Assembly: GCA_963718565.1 (NCBI GenBank)
Contig: OY970364.1
Span: forward strand, 2,220,059 to 2,284,058
From: an uncultured Verrucomicrobiae bacterium
GTDB lineage: Bacteria > Chlamydiota > Chlamydiia > Chlamydiales > Rhabdochlamydiaceae
Reading direction: 5' to 3'
Length of the DNA stretch: 64,000 nt
Shown here: one piece after another, positions 1 through 10,701 of the stretch
Layout of the letters: every line of letters begins with the position of its first letter
How positions within the stretch are numbered: the stretch's first letter is position 1
Notes under the pieces: model-generated
What the model saw: only the letters and a program-made list of their open reading frames with translations
Database searches by the model: none
What the model was told of the DNA's origin: nothing
Translations under genes and position numbers: made by a program

Positions 1-812
1 TCCCAGTAGGGGTGGAGAGAGATGAATTTGCGCCCAAGCTGGGCCTTGACGGCCTTCGGCAAAATAGCATAAGCGCAGCGCAATCCCGTAAAGCCAGCAG
101 TTTTAGAAAAACTGCGAAATTCAATCGAACACTCTTTGGCGCCAGGAAGTTCAAAGATGCTCCGAGGAACCTCGGGAGAGGTGATAAAGGATTCATAAGC
201 GTTATCGAGAAGAAGGAGCGCCCGTTCTTTGAGGGCATAATCGATCCATTCCTGCAGTTCGCTGCGCGTCATGGCGACACCTGTTGGATTACTAGGTGAA
301 CATAGATAAATGAGGTCGCAGTGTTCTTTGGGCGGTTTGGGAGCAAAACGGTTTTCTGGCAGGCAGGGAAAGAGGAGAATTTTTTTTCTTCCTGAGAGGA
401 TCGTCGCATCTAAATAGGCGGGATAAGTAGGATCGTTGATCCCAACAACGCTCGAAAGACTGAAGAGGTCTAGAATGTTGACGGTATCACTATTGGCTCC
501 GTCAGAGACAAAAATTTCTTCAGGAGTGAAGCCGAGATGTGAAAATTCATTGTTAACAATCGCTTCGCGTAAAAAAGCATATCCATTGTGCGGCCCATAC
601 CCTCGTCGCTCGCTTTCGGTTGTCATTTCTTCGACAGCCTTAACAATAGCTTTTGCGATGGAAGGGGCAAGAGGAAGAGCGACATCGCCGATTCCCAAAT
701 TGAGGACTGTGATGTCCGGATGTCCGCTTTTGAGTTCGGAAAGCTTTTGCTCGATCACCGGAAAGATATATTCACGCTTTAACTGTTTAAAATGGGGATT
801 TAACTTGGCCAT
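1..812 (-). CDS. dapL: LL-diaminopimelate aminotransferase (partial, runs off window start)
   Basis: Manual minus-strand translation from ATG at 812: MAKLNPHFKQLKREYIFPVIEQK...LNLGIGDV...GYGP...LREAI...EEIFVSDGA...DPTYPAY, typical of the DapL N-terminus. Missing from the ORF track because its stop lies outside the window. Confidence 0.85.
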   Translation of the reverse strand, partial: MAKLNPHFKQLKREYIFPVIEQKLSELKSGHPDITVLNLGIGDVALPLAPSIAKAIVKAVEEMTTESERRGYGPHNGYAFLREAIVNNEFSHLGFTPEEIFVSDGANSDTVNILDLFSLSSVVGINDPTYPAYLDATILSGRKKILLFPCLPENRFAPKPPKEHCDLIYLCSPSNPTGVAMTRSELQEWIDYALKERALLLLDNAYESFITSPEVPRSIFELPGAKECSIEFRSFSKTAGFTGLRCAYAILPKAVKAQLGRKFISLHPYW

Positions 813-933
813 AGATTGCGCTTTAAGTGAAAAATCCTGAGTATGTGTCTGTGCAAGAATAAAGTAAAGCTACTTGATAATCTTTGTAAACTTAGAGATA
901 ATTATTCATTACGAAAGGTAAACTCAAAAAATT

Positions 934-1653
934 ATGAATCCAGTTGAAGAGCTAATCGTTCGCATTCCTGCGATCGAGGAAAAAATTAAATACACATTTA
1001 AGAATAAGCAATTGCTTATCCTTTCTTTTGTTCATCGTTCTTTTTTCAATGAACATCGCGACCTTGTCCAGCAGCATAATGAACGGCTTGAATTTCTTGG
1101 AGATTCGGTGTTGGGATTGATGATCTCAGACTATCTTTATGCGCAGCTGCCCACGGAACCAGAAGGATTTCTTTCCCATTTGCGCTCCCATATCGTCGAA
1201 GCGAGTAGTTGTGCAGCTCTCCTCAATCAGCTCGGTATTGGGCAATCTGTGTTGTTGGGAAGAGGGGAGCGCATGAACGATGGCCGTGGCCGCGAGACAA
1301 TTTTAGCTGATCTCTTCGAAGCTTTGATTGGAGCGATCTATCTCGATTCAGGGATTGAATCTGCAAAGAAATTTTTCTTTTTTCATTTTTCTCAGCAAAT
1401 CGAAGAACATTTGAGAAAGCCACTCAGAAATTGGAAGGCGGAACTGCAGGATTATTCGCAAAAAAAATACCAAAAGCCACCTGCGTATAAAATTCTCAAG
1501 GAATCTGGACCTGATCATAGCAAAATGTTTCACGTGATCGCTTATGTTGACGACAAAGAAGCGGGAGAAGGCACAGGATCCTCAAAAAAAGAAGCAGAGC
1601 AAGCTGCAGCAGAAGATGCCCTAAAAAAACTGGGAGTCATGCAAAATGCCTAA
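934..1653 (+). CDS. rnc: Ribonuclease III
   Basis: NERLEFLGDSVL signature, ADLFEALIGAIYLD, C-terminal dsRBD (WKAELQDY...GSSKKEAEQAAA). Confidence 0.97.
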   Translation: MNPVEELIVRIPAIEEKIKYTFKNKQLLILSFVHRSFFNEHRDLVQQHNERLEFLGDSVLGLMISDYLYAQLPTEPEGFLSHLRSHIVEASSCAALLNQLGIGQSVLLGRGERMNDGRGRETILADLFEALIGAIYLDSGIESAKKFFFFHFSQQIEEHLRKPLRNWKAELQDYSQKKYQKPPAYKILKESGPDHSKMFHVIAYVDDKEAGEGTGSSKKEAEQAAAEDALKKLGVMQNA

Positions 1654-3016
1654 ACAAAAAGTGCTTTGGAGTTGCTGCGAATGCGGTCATCGACAGGCGA
1701 AATGGACAGGGAGTTGCACAGTCTGCCAAAAATGGAATACTTTTGAGCAAGAGATCGAGGTTGAGGATAAAGGAAAGCGCTTTGAATCGCTCAAAAATGA
1801 ATCGGCAAAGCCGATGCGGGTCAAAGAAGTTACCGTGAATGAATTTCGTCGGATCTCGACTAAAATGCCAGAATTCGACAGACTTCTTGGGGGGGGAATT
1901 GTCCCGGGTTCTTTGACATTGATCGGGGGAGATCCTGGGATTGGTAAATCGACGTTAATGCTGCAGCTTGCCCAAGCTCTTGCAGAGCAAGGACTGACAA
2001 TCCTCTATGTCTGCGGAGAGGAATCTGTGGAACAGACATCGATGCGTGCAAGCCGTCTGGGGGCTGGCGACGACCGCCTTTATTTGCTCAGCGATACTCT
2101 TTTCTCAAATATCAAAGCGCAAATTGATCATCTCAAGCCTGACGCCATGATCGTCGATTCGATCCAGATTCTTTACAAAAGCGAACTGCCTTCAGCGCCG
2201 GGTTCTGTGAGCCAAGTCCGAGAATTAGCGACCGAATTTATGCATATTGCTAAAGGAATAGGGATCGCCACGTTCTTGATTGGTCACGTGACAAAATCAG
2301 GTGAGATCGCGGGTCCACGCGTTCTCGAACACATTGTCGATACCGTTCTCGACTTCGAAGGCGACCGTCAGCATGGCTATCGCTTGTTGCGATCCGTAAA
2401 AAATCGTTTTGGACCGACCGATGATATCGCGCTCTTTCAAATGGGAAGCCAAGGGCTTTCCGAAGTGAGCAATCCTTCTATCATTTTTTTAGAAGAGCGA
2501 CTCAAAGAGGTGTCTGGGTCTGTGATCATTCCGACCGTCGAAGGATCCCGTGCACTTTTAATCGAGGTCCAAGCGCTTGTTGCGACGTCAGCTTTTTCTA
2601 CTTCAACACGCAAGTCGACCGGCCTTGACCAGAACCGACTAGCACTCTTGCTTGCTGTTTTGGAAAAAAAGATGGGATATCAGCTTCATCATTGCGATGT
2701 GTTTGTCTCCGTTGCAGGAGGGCTTAAAATTTTTGAACCCGCGATTGATCTCGGTGTCCTCATGGCAATCGGGTCTTCATTTTGCAATCGTCCGATCGAT
2801 CCCGAAACAGTCATTCTTGGCGAAGTAGGCCTCAGTGGTGAAGTGCGCGGCGTCCCGCGTATTGAAAGCCGCATGCGCGAGGCGATCCACATGGGTTTTC
2901 GGCGCTGTGTATGTCCTAAGCGCAATTTAAAAGGGATCTCTTCTGATCTTTCCCAAAAGATTTCTCTCATCGGCGTCGAAGTTGTCGAGGAGGCCATTCG
3001 TGAATTACTCCATTGA
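1646..3016 (+). CDS. radA: DNA repair protein RadA/Sms
   Basis: N-terminal C4 zinc finger, Walker A GDPGIGKST, KNRFG motif, Lon-like C-terminal domain. Confidence 0.97.
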   Translation: MPKQKVLWSCCECGHRQAKWTGSCTVCQKWNTFEQEIEVEDKGKRFESLKNESAKPMRVKEVTVNEFRRISTKMPEFDRLLGGGIVPGSLTLIGGDPGIGKSTLMLQLAQALAEQGLTILYVCGEESVEQTSMRASRLGAGDDRLYLLSDTLFSNIKAQIDHLKPDAMIVDSIQILYKSELPSAPGSVSQVRELATEFMHIAKGIGIATFLIGHVTKSGEIAGPRVLEHIVDTVLDFEGDRQHGYRLLRSVKNRFGPTDDIALFQMGSQGLSEVSNPSIIFLEERLKEVSGSVIIPTVEGSRALLIEVQALVATSAFSTSTRKSTGLDQNRLALLLAVLEKKMGYQLHHCDVFVSVAGGLKIFEPAIDLGVLMAIGSSFCNRPIDPETVILGEVGLSGEVRGVPRIESRMREAIHMGFRRCVCPKRNLKGISSDLSQKISLIGVEVVEEAIRELLH

Positions 3017-3671
3017 ACTGACGGTCGGGGCGCGGAACTCTCCTCTTTCACAGGCGCAATGCGAGGAAGTGTTACAAGAATTGAGGCAGTGCCATCCGCA
3101 TGTGGTGTTTCAATGCGTTTGGGTGGAAACAACGGGTGACAAAGACTTAAAAACCTCACTTCGAACACTGGAAAAGACCGATTTTTTTACGAAAGAGATC
3201 GATGCTCTTCAACTCGCAGGCAGTTGTCGCATTAGCATTCATTCTGCAAAAGATTTGCCTGACCCTTTGCCAAAAGGATTAAAACTTGTTGCGCTCACTC
3301 AAGGAGTCGATCCTTCGGATTCGATTGTGCTGCGCGGGCCTCATACAACTCTCGAGAGTTTGCCATTTGGGGCCACAATCGGGACATCGAGTATGCGACG
3401 CGAAAAAAATATCCATGATTTACGCTCAGACCTTGTTTGTGTCGATGTCCGCGGGGCAATTCATACCAGACTGGCCCTTTTAGATCAGGGCATTGTCGAT
3501 GGGCTGGTCATAGCCGAGGCAGCTTTGATCCGACTAAAACTGACACATTGCACGCGCATCCCGCTTTCCGGAGAGTGCGCCCCTTTGCAAGGACAGCTCG
3601 CGATTATTGCTCTGGAAAATGATCAAGAGATGAGAGAACTTTTTCACTGTATGGATGTGAGGAGAGGATGA
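3000..3671 (+). CDS. hemC: Hydroxymethylbilane synthase (short chlamydial form)
   Basis: GARNSPLS, TTGDK, FTKEID, HSAKDLP, GTSSMRR motifs; GTG start at 3000 inferred. Confidence 0.88.
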   Translation: MNYSIELTVGARNSPLSQAQCEEVLQELRQCHPHVVFQCVWVETTGDKDLKTSLRTLEKTDFFTKEIDALQLAGSCRISIHSAKDLPDPLPKGLKLVALTQGVDPSDSIVLRGPHTTLESLPFGATIGTSSMRREKNIHDLRSDLVCVDVRGAIHTRLALLDQGIVDGLVIAEAALIRLKLTHCTRIPLSGECAPLQGQLAIIALENDQEMRELFHCMDVRRG

Positions 3672-4345
3672 AAACGATTTTATATCTTGGAACAGACCCT
3701 ACGATGTTTGAAAACCAAGGCCATGCCAAGGGCCATCTCATTCATTATCCGGTGATAAAGATTATTCCGCGACCTTTGGAACATCCCGAGGTCAAACAAG
3801 CTTATGCTGAGCTTCATGCGTTTACGCACCTGATCTTTACAAGTAAAAACGCCGTGAATGTTTTCTTTCAACACTGTGCAGATTTAAAACAGTCCCTAGA
3901 AGCTTTAAAGGCAAAAACCGTGATCGCAATCGGCACAGTGACGGCCTTACATCTTTCCATGCGAGGCTTTGCGCCTCAGCTGGTCGCGAAAAATGAGACA
4001 CAAGAAGGCGTTATAGAATTGTTAACTCCGATGTCTTTAAAGAATGCTTATTTTTTTATGCCGCGCTCCTCATTATCGCGTCCTCTCCTTGCGAAGTTTT
4101 TTCAAGAAGGAAGCATTTGTTTTCAGGCCTGCGACCTTTATGATACAGTGACGCAAACCTTGGAACCCAAACCTGATTTAGATAGGGTTGATGAAATCAT
4201 ATTTACTAGTCCTTCAACGGTCAATGCGTTTATCGCTATTTTTGGAAGCTTGCCCAACAACAAAAAACTGATTGCGATCGGCCTCGTCACTGAGCAAGCT
4301 TTAAAGACTCAAGTAGGAAGGGATATCGCATCAAACTTTCTTTGA
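3668..4345 (+). CDS. hemD: Uroporphyrinogen-III synthase
   Basis: IFTSKNAV, AIGTVTA, LYDT, IFTSPSTV motifs; overlaps the hemC stop (ATGA). Confidence 0.85.
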   Translation: MKTILYLGTDPTMFENQGHAKGHLIHYPVIKIIPRPLEHPEVKQAYAELHAFTHLIFTSKNAVNVFFQHCADLKQSLEALKAKTVIAIGTVTALHLSMRGFAPQLVAKNETQEGVIELLTPMSLKNAYFFMPRSSLSRPLLAKFFQEGSICFQACDLYDTVTQTLEPKPDLDRVDEIIFTSPSTVNAFIAIFGSLPNNKKLIAIGLVTEQALKTQVGRDIASNFL

Positions 4346-5019
4346 CCAAGCACACTATCTCTATCTTTGTCCAACGGTCTGCATGCGATGAAAAGCCCAA
4401 GAATGGAGTTGAATGAGATATGTGCGGCAAAGGATGCTCCAATACCAAACTGAGCAGAAATGCATCCCAGCATTAACCCACCGACTGTGCTAGTTACAGC
4501 TTGGATATGGACATTTTTGTGGGGATTGAAGTAATGGAATGCACCAAATAAGACAGATGTTGCGACAACAGAAACAGCTGTTGCCACGCTCGGTCCAGTT
4601 CCAAATAAGGCTGCAGCTGCAGCAGGAACAAGGATCTGAATGGATTTTGTGACCAGCGGCTGGATCACTCCGCGAAACACTCCTTCTTCAACGATCGGGC
4701 CAAAAAGAGAGGCTTGGAGTAGCGATTTGCGGAGGAGCTTATCATATTCGCTATTGTTGTCAGGTAAAGAAGTGAGGATTCCCGCTTTTCTTAAAAAAAC
4801 TAAGGAAATAAGCATAACCGTGAGCTCTATGGCACCAAAAGCCAATCCCAGCCCAAAATGAGGGAGAAACAAGATTCCCAAAGCGATTCCAGTGATTGTC
4901 GGAATCAAATGAAGAAAATTGCTCGGCTGGATGATACATTCGATGGTATCCATGTCGGAAGTATGCGGAACATGAACATTTGTGATGGGCGGGTGTTGTG
5001 TGACAGAAGAAATAGCCAT
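4309..5019 (-). CDS. CPBP (CAAX/Abi) family intramembrane metalloprotease
   Basis: EEGVFRG, FGAFH and AAHISFN motifs in a multi-TM protein. Confidence 0.8.
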   Translation of the reverse strand: MAISSVTQHPPITNVHVPHTSDMDTIECIIQPSNFLHLIPTITGIALGILFLPHFGLGLAFGAIELTVMLISLVFLRKAGILTSLPDNNSEYDKLLRKSLLQASLFGPIVEEGVFRGVIQPLVTKSIQILVPAAAAALFGTGPSVATAVSVVATSVLFGAFHYFNPHKNVHIQAVTSTVGGLMLGCISAQFGIGASFAAHISFNSILGLFIACRPLDKDRDSVLGQRKFDAISLPT

Positions 5020-5052
5020 GCGTTTTCCTTACTCACCTAAAAATTAAAAATG

Positions 5053-5067
5053 GCACAAATCGTACCA
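5053..5067 (-). promoter_or_regulatory. Candidate sigma-54 -24/-12 promoter for the CPBP gene
   Basis: Minus strand TGGTACGATTTGTGC = GG-N10-GC, about 34 nt upstream of the ATG. Confidence 0.4.
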
Positions 5068-5143
5068 TATCAAACCATTTATTGCAGTATTAAAGGGCTT
5101 TGTGGGTGTAAATAAAAGTGTTGAGGCTAGGCATTGAAGTAAT

Positions 5144-5517
5144 GTACGTCCTCAAAAACCTATGGCAAGCACTGAATGTCATTTGGACCCATGCCAGGCT
5201 TTGCATTTATCGATTGGCATCTCTTCCAATGTGGCGTTGCAGAGGTGCATGAACTATATGACCAACTGGTTGCAATGAAAAGCACAAGCCCAGTGGTTTC
5301 GAGGGGATCCGATCGATTTAGCACAATTTGTTCATGAGCGTTATCAAACAGCCTCTCCGGCCACACCTTGACTGGTAGCACGTACATTAACTTCCTTGAA
5401 GACTCTGGCAAAAGTTGAGGACCATTTCGATCCGTGCCCAATCAAGATCGATAAGTGGTAAGTTTGGCATGGATCAAAATGGTCTTCAACTTTTGCCATG
5501 AGTTTTTAAGGACGTAC
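5144..5517. mobile_element. MITE family D, longest copy
   Basis: Imperfect TIRs GTACGTCCTCAAAAACCTATGGCAA / TTGCCATGAGTTTTTAAGGACGTAC; direct repeat GAAGTAAT at 5136-5143 and 5518-5525; empty target visible at 56411. Confidence 0.85.
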
Positions 5518-5716
5518 GAAGTAATGCCTCCATTTCATATGTCGGAAACACGGCATTGGCGTGTCCGCGTTTCCCGCTAGCCTTCTTGAGAATCATCTCG
5601 CTTGTATTAAAGAGAAATTTTGCAATTCCTCTAAAAATAAATTTTCCTAAACACTCTCTTACAAAATATGCGGAGAAAAAGTATAATCTTGACGGCCCTT
5701 GAAAAGGAGTTTTACT

Positions 5717-6334
5717 ATGTCCAATTTTGCCCCTTATAAGCTTCCTGACCTCCCCTATGATTTTTCAGCACTCGAACCTGTGATTTCAGCTGAGATCATG
5801 CAGCTGCATTACTCTAAGCATCACCAAGGTTACGTTACTAATCTCAACACTGCCTTAGAAAAATACCGCGATGCCGAAGCAAAAAGTGATATCGCAGCGA
5901 TGATCGGACTACAACAGGCCATTAAATTCAATGGGGGAGGACATGTAAATCATTCGATTTTTTGGACGACCCTGGCTCCTGAAAGCAAAGGCGGTGGAGG
6001 AGCTCCTAAAGGAGAACTTGCGCATGCGTTGCAAGCGGAATTTGGCTCTTTTGATGCTTGTGTAGAAAAATTAAGCGCGGCTTCTGTGGCGATTCAAGGT
6101 TCTGGATGGGGATGGTTGGGCTTTAATCGGGCAAATGGAAAACTCGTGATTGCCTCCTGTTCGAATCAAGACCCCTTAAGTACGTTAGGGTCTGTCCCCT
6201 TATTTGGGATTGACGTGTGGGAACACGCTTACTATTTACAGTATAAGAATGTGCGCGCGGAGTATGTAAAAAATATTTGGAAAGTTGTGAATTGGAAGAG
6301 CGTCGAGGAACGCTACTCACAGGCCAAAATGTAA
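5717..6334 (+). CDS. sodA: Superoxide dismutase, Mn/Fe family (Mn-type signatures)
   Basis: [41 protein letters not shown] before ATG 5717. Confidence 0.92.
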   Translation: MSNFAPYKLPDLPYDFSALEPVISAEIMQLHYSKHHQGYVTNLNTALEKYRDAEAKSDIAAMIGLQQAIKFNGGGHVNHSIFWTTLAPESKGGGGAPKGELAHALQAEFGSFDACVEKLSAASVAIQGSGWGWLGFNRANGKLVIASCSNQDPLSTLGSVPLFGIDVWEHAYYLQYKNVRAEYVKNIWKVVNWKSVEERYSQAKM

Positions 6335-6437
6335 AGTGAATTATTTTATTAACTTGTCTTTGATATTATTCTATATTGAAGACAGGTCTCCAATGTGTTA
6401 AATTAGATGGCACTTTTAAAAAAAATGATGGATGTTT

Positions 6438-7394
6438 ATGGGATTGTTTTCGCGTAACAAGCCGAAAATTAAAGTCCAAACGACCAAAAAAGATGGCTAT
6501 AGCGGGTGGGTCAAATGCACGCATTGTAACGATATGGTGCATGCCAATGAACTGCAGCAAAATCTGCATTGTTGCCCGAAATGCAATTATCATTACCGTT
6601 TATCTGCAACGCAGCGTATTCAGCTATTAGTAGACCCTGGAACATTTGTAGAAATGTTCAACGAATACAAATCGGTCGACCCTCTTCAATTCGTCGATAC
6701 AGAGTCTTATGTCAAACGCGTAGAAAATGCCAAGAAAAACTCAGGGCGCGATGAAGCTGCAATGGTAGGACCTTGTAAAATTTTGGGCAAAGCAGTTGCG
6801 CTGGGTGTTTTAGATTTTTCTTTTATGGCGGGATCCATGGGTTCGGTGGTTGGAGAAAGGCTCACATTGATCATCGAATATGCAATCGCGCATCGGCTTC
6901 CTCTCATCATTATTTCTGCATCGGGCGGAGCGCGGATGCAGGAATCCGCCCTTTCACTCATGCAAATGGCTAAAACATCAGCTGCGCTTGCGAAATTGCA
7001 TGAAAAAGGACTGCTTTACATTTCGGTGATGACCAACCCCACTACGGGAGGTGTCACTGCATCGTTTGCTTCCTTAGGAGACATCATTATTGCTGAGCCC
7101 GATGCCTTGATCGGTTTTGCTGGGCCGCGCGTTGTCGAGCAGGCGATGCGACAAAAACTTCCCCCTGGCGCCCAACGTTCCGAATTTTTGCTTGAAAAAG
7201 GAATGATCGATTGCATTGTTAATCGCCATCAATTAAAAGAGAGACTATTCCAATTGCTGGAATTTCTGACAGGAAATGAGCGCGATTATCAAGAACCTTC
7301 GGCCTATAGGGTTCTATATGGTCAATCGCTTGGGAAGTTACCACAGAAACTCAAAGAATTAATGACTCTAGCCGAAGCTGAAACATTGAAATAA
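6438..7394 (+). CDS. accD: Acetyl-CoA carboxylase carboxyltransferase beta subunit
   Basis: C4 zinc finger, [37 protein letters not shown]. Confidence 0.97.
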   Translation: MGLFSRNKPKIKVQTTKKDGYSGWVKCTHCNDMVHANELQQNLHCCPKCNYHYRLSATQRIQLLVDPGTFVEMFNEYKSVDPLQFVDTESYVKRVENAKKNSGRDEAAMVGPCKILGKAVALGVLDFSFMAGSMGSVVGERLTLIIEYAIAHRLPLIIISASGGARMQESALSLMQMAKTSAALAKLHEKGLLYISVMTNPTTGGVTASFASLGDIIIAEPDALIGFAGPRVVEQAMRQKLPPGAQRSEFLLEKGMIDCIVNRHQLKERLFQLLEFLTGNERDYQEPSAYRVLYGQSLGKLPQKLKELMTLAEAETLK

Positions 7395-7405
7395 CAAGAT
7401 TTTCT

Positions 7406-7849
7406 ATGACAGAGACCGAAATCCCAACTGTTGCAAGTGACTCCGGATCTCTTCCCGTTTATGCCTCGGCTTTTGCTGCAGGAGCTGATGTCAAGGCCTG
7501 CATTAAAGAACCTCTTGCCATCGAGCCCGGTACTTCTGCATTAATCCCTACGGGGTTGCGTTTTGCCATACCCGAGGGATATGAAATCCAGGTGCGTCCG
7601 CGTAGCGGACTGGCTTTGAAGAATCAAATTACGGTGTTAAATTCTCCTGGCACGATTGATGCGGATTATCGTGGAGAGGTCAGCGTGATCTTGATCAATC
7701 ATGGAAAAAATACTTTTATCATCACCCCCGGCATGCGCATTGCGCAAATAGTGCTTGCACGTGTAGAAAGAGCCATTTTTACCCTTGAGGAGTCCTTAGT
7801 ATCAACTTCACGTGGAGAGGGCGGTTTTGGCCATACTGGCACGCATTAA
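7406..7849 (+). CDS. dut: dUTP diphosphatase
   Basis: [31 protein letters not shown]. Confidence 0.97.
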   Translation: MTETEIPTVASDSGSLPVYASAFAAGADVKACIKEPLAIEPGTSALIPTGLRFAIPEGYEIQVRPRSGLALKNQITVLNSPGTIDADYRGEVSVILINHGKNTFIITPGMRIAQIVLARVERAIFTLEESLVSTSRGEGGFGHTGTH

Positions 7850-7907
7850 TCATCAGATTGTCGTTAGCATTAGCGACTTTAAAAAAATCTTTAAGAAAGG
7901 AGCGTGT

Positions 7908-8357
7908 GTGGCGATCTCCAATTATTTGGATGAGCGTCTCGTCCTATTTTTAAATGCCGATTCCCGTGACGAAGCTCTTGAACAATTGATCGGACTTTTG
8001 GAAAAAGGTGGAAAATTGAAAAACGCCAAAGTTTTTCATGAAGCCATATTAGAACGCGAAAAAATCGTTTCTACAGGAATAGGGTTGGGAGTGGCCGTTC
8101 CCCACGCGAAATTGCAAGGATATGATGATTTTTTCATTGCGATTGGCATCCAGCCTAAAGGGGGAATTGAGTGGAATGCGCTGGACAGTTCACCTGTGCG
8201 TTTGATCTTTATGATCGGCGGCCCCGAAAATAAACAAACCGAGTATTTGAAAATTTTGTCCCATCTCACAATGGCCATTAAAAATGAAGAGCGGCGCAAA
8301 AAATTGCTCAAAGCGTATGATGCAAAAGAAGTGATAGCCCTATTTGCTGATTGTTAA
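7908..8357 (+). CDS. ptsN: PTS IIA (nitrogen-regulatory type) protein
   Basis: REKIVSTGIGLGVAVPHA with phospho-His; GTG start after AAGGAG. Confidence 0.88.
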   Translation: MAISNYLDERLVLFLNADSRDEALEQLIGLLEKGGKLKNAKVFHEAILEREKIVSTGIGLGVAVPHAKLQGYDDFFIAIGIQPKGGIEWNALDSSPVRLIFMIGGPENKQTEYLKILSHLTMAIKNEERRKKLLKAYDAKEVIALFADC

Positions 8358-8406
8358 TCTGTAAGAAGCTATCGTTCGAACCAAAGAATATCATGAGCGG
8401 TGCTTT

Positions 8407-9144
8407 ATGGACCTCAAGATTAAAGATGTCGCAGAATTGCTAAATGTTTCCGAGACGACAATCCGTCGTTGGCTCTCCGATGGAAAAATCCCTGCTTATC
8501 GCATTAACCATCAATACCGTTTCAGTCGGATCGAAATTGAGAATTGGATGATGCGCTGCAAAATCAAGTCTCCCGAAGAAGGTTTTTCTCCTTTCCATGA
8601 AGTCCAAATCTATCCTCCACTCGAAGTAGAAAAAGACCCTCAGGAGGCAGCTTCTCGCGGAGGCATGCATCATTTTTGCCTTTATCGAGCCATCCATCAA
8701 GGGGATGTTTTCTCCAATATTCCTGCAAAGACAAAAGAAGAATTGATTCGCTGGACAACGAAGGCTGTGAGCCAGAAATTAGGCGTCGATGCGGAAATGC
8801 TTTCCGAGCTTCTTCTCGATCGCGAGAAACTCATGCCTACAGCACTCAACAATGGAATTGCTGTCCCGCATACGCGCGACTTCTTGCGCAAAGGACCGCT
8901 TGACACAGTCTTTGTGGTGTATCCCAAGGACTCCCTCGACTATGGGGCTCTTGATGGAAAATCTGTCCATACCTTATTTTTCCTTTTTGCTAGCAACGAC
9001 AAGGGCCATTTGCAATTGCTCGCCAAGCTTGCCCATCTGGGCAGTAATCCAAAGGCACTCGAATTTTTAAGCACAAAGCCAGACAAAAAATCTCTGCTCG
9101 ATTTCATCCGCAGCTGGGAAGGTCAAGTACGGGCGGTTGTTTAA
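8407..9144 (+). CDS. ptsN: HTH (excisionase-like) plus PTS IIA domain protein
   Basis: N-terminal IKDVAELLNVSETTIRRW HTH; C-terminal REKLMPTALNNGIAVPH; second gene of the chlamydial tandem ptsN pair. Confidence 0.85.
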   Translation: MDLKIKDVAELLNVSETTIRRWLSDGKIPAYRINHQYRFSRIEIENWMMRCKIKSPEEGFSPFHEVQIYPPLEVEKDPQEAASRGGMHHFCLYRAIHQGDVFSNIPAKTKEELIRWTTKAVSQKLGVDAEMLSELLLDREKLMPTALNNGIAVPHTRDFLRKGPLDTVFVVYPKDSLDYGALDGKSVHTLFFLFASNDKGHLQLLAKLAHLGSNPKALEFLSTKPDKKSLLDFIRSWEGQVRAVV

Positions 9145-9203
9145 GCTTTTATTTTATCCTATTTTTAGGTATCATTTAACACACTCTTACACGAACAGGA
9201 AGT

Positions 9204-10670
9204 ATGGCAAAAGGATTATTTATCAAGAAATCGATTAAGACGCTGCTCGATGAAGCTCAAGAGAGCCAGCATACGATGAAGCGTTCCCTAGGAGCAACGA
9301 CACTGACTGCAATGGGAATTGGCGCAATTATTGGCGCCGGTATTTTTGTTCTCACAGGTCAGGCCGCCGCGGAATATGCCGGTCCCGGTATTCTCATTTC
9401 CTTTATTTTGGCCGCACTCATCTGCGTGTTTGCTGCACTCTGTTACGCTGAGTTTGCTTCGTTGATCCCGATTTCCGGTAGTGCTTATACTTATGCCTAC
9501 GCAACGATGGGGGAATTGACAGCCTGGATCATTGGCTGGGGGCTGACCATGGAATACCTTTTCTCTGCGTCAACTGTGGCCGTAGGTTGGTCGGGATATT
9601 TTGTCAGCCTGCTCCAAGATCTTGGAATTAAGATTCCCTCCCATTTTGCCAATGCCCCGATCAGCTATGATATTGCTCAGGGGTGGATGAAAACAGGGGC
9701 GATCATTAATCTTCCTGCGATGTTGATCGTCGTTTTGATGGGAACTCTAGTGGCTGTTGGGATTAAAGCAGCTGCAAGTTTCAATAATGTAATGGTGATC
9801 ATTAAATTAGGGGTCATCGCCCTATTCATTGCTTGCGGTATCGCCTATATTAATTCCGACAATCTCACGCCTTTTATTCCGCAAAATGCGGGAACTTTTG
9901 GTCAGTTTGGTTTTAGCGGGGTGCTCCGGGGAGCAGGAGTTGTCTTCTTTGCCTTTATCGGCTTTGACGCGCTGTCGACGATGGCGCAGGAATGCCGAAA
10001 TCCGCAAAAGCACATGCCGATTGGAATGTTGGGCTCATTGGGAATTTCCACGGTGGTCTACATCATTGTCGGGATCGTCCTTCTCGGTGTAGTGAGCTAT
10101 ACAACGCTCAATGTCCCTGATCCGATTGCGGTCGCCGTCAACGCATTGGGGCCAAACTTTATATGGCTGCGTTTTGTCATAAAAATCGCAATCTTAGCTG
10201 GCCTTACCTCTGTTGTACTCGTCATGCTGCTCGGTCAAGCGCGTATCTTTTATACGATGTCGAAAGATGGTCTTTTGCCAAAATCTTTTTCGAAAATCAG
10301 CCGTCGTTTCCATACGCCCTTTTTTTCGACCGTCATTGTTTCGATTGTTGCCCTTTTTTTCACAGGAATCTTTCCGGTGGGAATTTTAGGCCAGTTAACG
10401 TGCATGGGGGCGCTCCTTGCTTTTGCGATCGTCTGCTTTGGAATTCTAGTATTGCGCTATAAACAGCCCACTTTGCATCGGCCGTTCAAAACGCCATTTG
10501 TCCCTTGGGTTCCGCTACTCGGAACGATTGTTTGCGTGATTCAAATGATTGCTCTTCCAGGTGTCACTTGGGTACAATTTGTGATTTGGATGATTGTGGG
10601 ATGCATCATTTATTTTGGCTATAGCATCAAACACAGCAAGGCCCGCGCTCTGCTGACTAAAAAGAGATGA
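9204..10670 (+). CDS. APC-family (cationic-type) amino acid permease
   Basis: IGAIIGAGIF, CYAEFAS..P.SGSAYTY, FFAFIGFD; about 12 hydrophobic segments. Confidence 0.92.
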   Translation: MAKGLFIKKSIKTLLDEAQESQHTMKRSLGATTLTAMGIGAIIGAGIFVLTGQAAAEYAGPGILISFILAALICVFAALCYAEFASLIPISGSAYTYAYATMGELTAWIIGWGLTMEYLFSASTVAVGWSGYFVSLLQDLGIKIPSHFANAPISYDIAQGWMKTGAIINLPAMLIVVLMGTLVAVGIKAAASFNNVMVIIKLGVIALFIACGIAYINSDNLTPFIPQNAGTFGQFGFSGVLRGAGVVFFAFIGFDALSTMAQECRNPQKHMPIGMLGSLGISTVVYIIVGIVLLGVVSYTTLNVPDPIAVAVNALGPNFIWLRFVIKIAILAGLTSVVLVMLLGQARIFYTMSKDGLLPKSFSKISRRFHTPFFSTVIVSIVALFFTGIFPVGILGQLTCMGALLAFAIVCFGILVLRYKQPTLHRPFKTPFVPWVPLLGTIVCVIQMIALPGVTWVQFVIWMIVGCIIYFGYSIKHSKARALLTKKR

Positions 10671-10701
10671 GTGTAATAAGGTATTAACGAGGGTTTCTTG
10701 T

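Noticed and set aside
12..840. Plus-strand ORFs 12-299, 436-840 and 588-782
   Set aside because: Antisense shadows of dapL.
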